Positions 59,873 to 64,000 of a DNA stretch of 64,000 nt are shown here, piece after piece. The notes beneath the pieces were generated by a model. That model was not told where the DNA came from. It saw nothing but the letters and a program-made list of their open reading frames with translations, and made no database searches. A program made the translations under genes and the position numbers. Numbering within the stretch: position 1 is the stretch's first letter; each line of letters starts with the position of its first letter. This DNA is from Callorhinchus milii (lineage: Eukaryota), in the NCBI RefSeq assembly GCF_018977255.1, contig NW_024704743.1:17920001-17984000 (forward strand). Direction: 5' to 3'.

Positions 59873-60857
59873 TTTTCTCTACTGCAACGTCTCAATGACA
59901 TGATAAGGTGCAATATCAAATTCAAGGATTATTCTTATTAAATAACTCTGCTTACAGTACTTTTCCCAGCTTTCTATATATTGCTTCCATTAATTCTATG
60001 TGGCTTATAGCAAACCTTATAATGATAGAGCTGCACCACCAAACTGCTCTGTGTACTTTGCCAGTTATCCTAGTTGGACACCTGCTCATATGTGGCAACA
60101 CACCCTACAGTGAATGTGAAATAACACAGTGTCTGGAGTCTACAAAGATATCCATTTCTACTGTTCGAGTCTGCCAAGTCAGTTTATTCTGTGAATTTGC
60201 CACGCTTAATTGTTAAGGGTTCTGATTGTTCAAAGACAATATAGCAGCTTGTGGCTGAAGTGGTAAATTACGGTGAATTGCTAGGAGTGACTATTGGAAT
60301 AATGTACTCTGGTCATTGGGACTAGCCTCACAGCAGCAAGTGATGTTGTGAATTAAGAACATTCTTAATAAGAGAGAAAGAGGGGTAACTTGCAGTAGAG
60401 AAAATGAGAGTATGGAGCACAGTGAAAGGAGGGAATCAAGATTAAGTGGTTGGAAGCACAGTGAGAAATAACCAGTCTACTGAGATGGATAATAATAATA
60501 ATCCTTAGTTGATAGGGAAAGAAAGAGAGAGAAAAAGAGAGAGAAAAAAAAAGAGGAAGAAAGGGAGTGAAAAAAGAAAGAAAGAATGCGAGACAGTATA
60601 TAAAGAGAACAAAATAATTAACGATAAATACGATTTGCATCTGGCAGATTCATTCTGAGCAGAAAATGCACAGTATAAGATACTGCATCTATCATTCATT
60701 ACACTCTAAATATCAATATAGAGCAGCAAAACGTGCTGGCAAAATGGCTACAAAAATATTGTCATGTGAGATATTATGTATAGCAAACTGGTGATGGGAA
60801 CCACTAAAAGTTATTGCAGACAATATAAAGTATTCAGTCCCAAGCGCTCCTACTCAC

Positions 60858-61170
60858 GTCAGCCTGGCTCAGTTGGTAGCACTCTCACCTCTGAGACAGA
60901 ATGTTGGGGGCTCAAGCCGCCCATCAGGATTTGGCTGACATTCTGGTTCAATGTTGGGAGAGCACTGCATTGTTGAACATGTCCCGTGATCTCCCAGGTA
61001 GAAAATAGTCACTCACTTTATGGATGTTTGTGACACGTTGCTGTGTTCAAATTGACTGCTGCATTTGCCTACAAATATATAGTCACTACACTTTACAATA
61101 CATCTTGTGAAACACTCTGAGATGGTTCAATGATGCGATAAGGCCCTGTATCAGTTGAAAGATTTACTAT
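60858..61170 (+). mobile_element. Old Deu-type SINE with internal deletion
   Basis: GTCAGCCTGGCTCAGTTGGTAGCACTCTCACCTCTGAG; TTGCTGTGTTCAAATTGACTGC. Confidence 0.82.
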
Positions 61171-61331
61171 TTTTTGCCCCTATTATTCTTCTAATGCTTA
61201 TCAGGTCTCTTCCTCTGTGGTTATTCTATGGCCATAATTAATTATTTTGTTTGATTTGGCTGCCGCATTCACCCACACAATACACAGTCACTACACTTTA
61301 CAATAAATCCTGTGAAGTGCTTTGAGGCGTC

Positions 61332-61410
61332 CTTTTTTCTTTTTGGTCTGACACAGTGAATCCAACTTAAGAGTATCCAAACCAAACTGAGAATTCCATG
61401 CATCCCATAG
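61332..61410 (-). mobile_element. Extreme 3' end of the RTE/RTEX-like LINE
   Basis: Reverse complement GGGATGCATGGAATTCTCAGTTTGGTTTGGATACTCTTAAG..CAGACC(A-rich). Confidence 0.7.
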
Positions 61411-61439
61411 AAATTATTTCGCTATACCATTATTATGTT

Positions 61440-64000
61440 ATGCTAGGACTTGAACACATGGCTAAAAGAGTGGTGCAGAACTCAGGGGTTTCTTTTTATG
61501 GGCCATTAGCACGAGTATTGGGGGAAAAGAGCTCTTTCAGAGAAAAGGGCTGCATTTAAATCGTGCTGGGACAAATGTCCTAGCTAAATGAATTAACAAG
61601 GAAATAAATAGGAATTTAAACTAGTAAAGGGGGGCAGTATATAGGTAAGAGAAACCATAAGTTAGCATTAGAAAAAGTAAAGATGAAAGTGCAGAATAGC
61701 ATGCCAGATAATAGGAATATGTTAAGTAGGGGTAAGAAGCTTGGCAAAGTAGATAAGGAATCAGAGAGTAGAGGAAATTAAAAATGTTATATCTGAATGC
61801 GCGAAGCACAGATAGACACATATGGGTACGATCTAGTAGCCATTACTGAAACATGGTTACAAGGAGATCTAGGGTGGGAGTTAAATATTCCAGGGTTCTC
61901 AGTTTGCAGGAAAGATAGGCACTGTGGGAAAAGAGGTGGTGTGTAGCCCTGTTAATTAGGGATGAAATAAAAGCAGTGAAGAGGAAGGATCTGAAATCCG
62001 ATAACCAGGAGGTCGAGACAATATGAGTGGAAATAAAAAATAATAAAGGGCAGAAAATATTAATGGGAGTGGTTTATAGACCCCCAAATAGCGATGACAA
62101 TATAGCACAGGGTATCAATCAAGAAATCAGTGGAACATGCAGGAAAGGTAAAGCGATAATAGTGGGTGATTTCAATCTCCACATAGATTGGGAAAACCAA
62201 ATCGCAAAAGTAGGTCAGAAGAAGAGTTCGTTGAGTGTATGAGAGAGAACTTTCTAGAGCAGCATGCCGAGGAACCAACTAGGGGACAGGCCATCCTAGA
62301 CCTTGTTTTGTGTAACGAAACAGGGCTAGTTGGCAGTGTAGGTATTAAGAATCCTCTAGGGCAGAGTGATCACAATATGATTGAATTCTGCATTAAGTTA
62401 GAGAGGGATATAGTTAAATCCGAGGCAAGTATTCTGAATTTAAATAGGGCTAATTTTGTAGGTATGAGGAAAGATTTAGGTAAAATAGACTGGAGAATAA
62501 GATTAAGAGGTAAAAATGTAGACCAACAGTGGCAAATATTTAAGGATGTAGTGCAAAATTCTCAGCGGTCGCATATTCCCTTGCGGAATAAGAGCATCAC
62601 AGGGAAAGCAATTCATCCGTGGCTAACTAGAGCAGTTAGGGAAAGCATCAAATTAAAAGAAAAGGCTTATAAAACTGCCAAGAAAAGCAGCAAATCTGAA
62701 GATTGGGAGAGTTTTAGAAACCAGCAAAATAAAACTAAAAAACTCATTAAGAGCGAGAAAAAGGAGTATGAGGGTAAGCTAGCTAGGAACATTAAGTCTG
62801 ATTGTAAAAGTTTTTATAAATATATTAAGAGGAATAGGCTAGTGAGGGTAAATGTAGGTCCACTTCAGTCAGAGACAGGAGAAGTTGTAACGGGGGATAA
62901 GGACATGGATAAATGGGTACTTTGCATCTGTCTTCACCCTAGAAGTCTGCCAAAAATAGAGATGCACCAAGGGGATAAGGATAGGGAGCAACTTAGGGAA
63001 ATTTTCGTTAGTAGAGAATTGGTGCTAGGGAAACTGTTAGCACTAAAAAGTGACAAATCCCCTGGTCCGGATGGCTTGCATCCCAGGGTTTTAAAAAAGG
63101 TAGCTTATGAAATAGTGGAGGCCCTATGTCTGTTCTTCCAAAATTCCTTATTCTGGAACAGTCCCCATGGATTGGAAGATCGCAAATGTCACACCACTAT
63201 TTAAAAAAGGTGGAAAGGACAAGATGGGGAGTTAGTCTCACATCAGTGATAGGAAAAAATTTAGAATCATTGATTAAGGATGTGGTAGTGCGGTATTTAG
63301 GGGAGCACAACATAATTAGCCAAGTCAACATGGCTTTACAAAAGGGAAGTCATGTTTGACAAATCTCATAGAGTTTTTTGAGGATATTTCCAGTAAACTA
63401 GATAAGGGTGAATCAGTGGATGTGGTCTATTTGGACTTCCAGAAGGCATTCGATAAGGTGCCGCATAAAAGGTTAGTCCAAAAGATAAGGGCCCATGGAA
63501 TTGGGGGGAGCATATTAACGTGGATTGGGGAATGGTTAACGGGTAGGAAACAAAGAGTAGGGATAAACAGGTCCTTTTCAGATTGGCGGGATGTGACTAG
63601 TGGAGTGCCACACGGATCAGTCTTTGGGTCTCAGCTATTTACCATCTACATCAACGATCTAGATGAGGACGTCAAAGTTAATATATCTAAATGACACAAA
63701 ACTAGGAGGAAGTGTCAACACAGAGGACGACATTAAAAAAATGCAGTGAGACATAGATAGGTTAGGTGATTGGGCAGGTAGGTTGCAGATGAAGTATAAT
63801 GTAGGGAAGTGCGAAGTCATCCACCTAGGTAGCAAAAACAGTAGAGCGGGTTATTTTTTAGAAGGGGAGAGATTGGAATGTGTTAGCGTCCAGAGGGACT
63901 TGGGTGTCCTTGTACACCAATCACAGAAAGTTAGTCTGCAGGTGCAGCAACAATTAGGAAGGCGAACGGTATGTTAGCATTCATTATGAAAGGATTAGAG
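61440..64000 (+). mobile_element. Long decayed CR1 LINE: ORF1 SGNH-esterase C-terminus, APE endonuclease, RT (continues past window end)
   Basis: LNTWLKEWCRTQGF..GLHLNRAGTNVLA; YLNARS, AITETWL, GVVYRPP, IVGDFN, LDLVL, SDHNMI; SPGPDGLHPRVLK, YLDFQKAFDKVPH; several stops and frameshifts. Confidence 0.96.

Noticed and set aside
60520..60590. Hydrophobic minus-strand ORFs
   Set aside because: Low-complexity (GA/A)-rich tract
62188..63204. 338-aa ORF as a host gene or active RT
   Set aside because: It is part of CR1 ORF2 (endonuclease-RT linker), flanked by stops and frameshifts; not an intact gene

Overview
Eukaryotic, repeat-dense, largely non-coding DNA. The repeat content points to a cartilaginous fish, probably a chimaera such as Callorhinchus; this is an inference from family resemblance, not a database hit. 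The repeats are: tRNA-headed Deu-domain SINEs with L2-type tails, at least three L2 LINE subfamilies, CR1 LINEs with the shark-type 3' end, and one CR1 retaining an SGNH-esterase ORF1 remnant. I recognise no intact host protein-coding gene, and the long ORFs in the track are decayed L2/CR1 ORF2 pieces or their antisense shadows. The most interesting observations are: (1) a decayed poly(A)-tailed LINE that is neither CR1 nor L2 (RTE/RTEX-like), with an RT fragment at about 48.3-49.3 kb and several 3'-end copies whose 3' UTR shows covarying stem-loops; (2) a young SINE subfamily whose 3' tail matches the youngest L2; (3) a probable minus-strand 3'-terminal exon with poly(A) signals at about 9.4-10.2 kb, plus several short-exon candidates; (4) an unclassified short repeat with a hAT-like CAGGG start; (5) a 25-bp hairpin carrying ETS motifs; (6) repeat-free blocks that look like conserved non-coding elements. 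Repeat boundaries were set by eye and are approximate. I cannot claim a wholly new biological system from the sequence alone.
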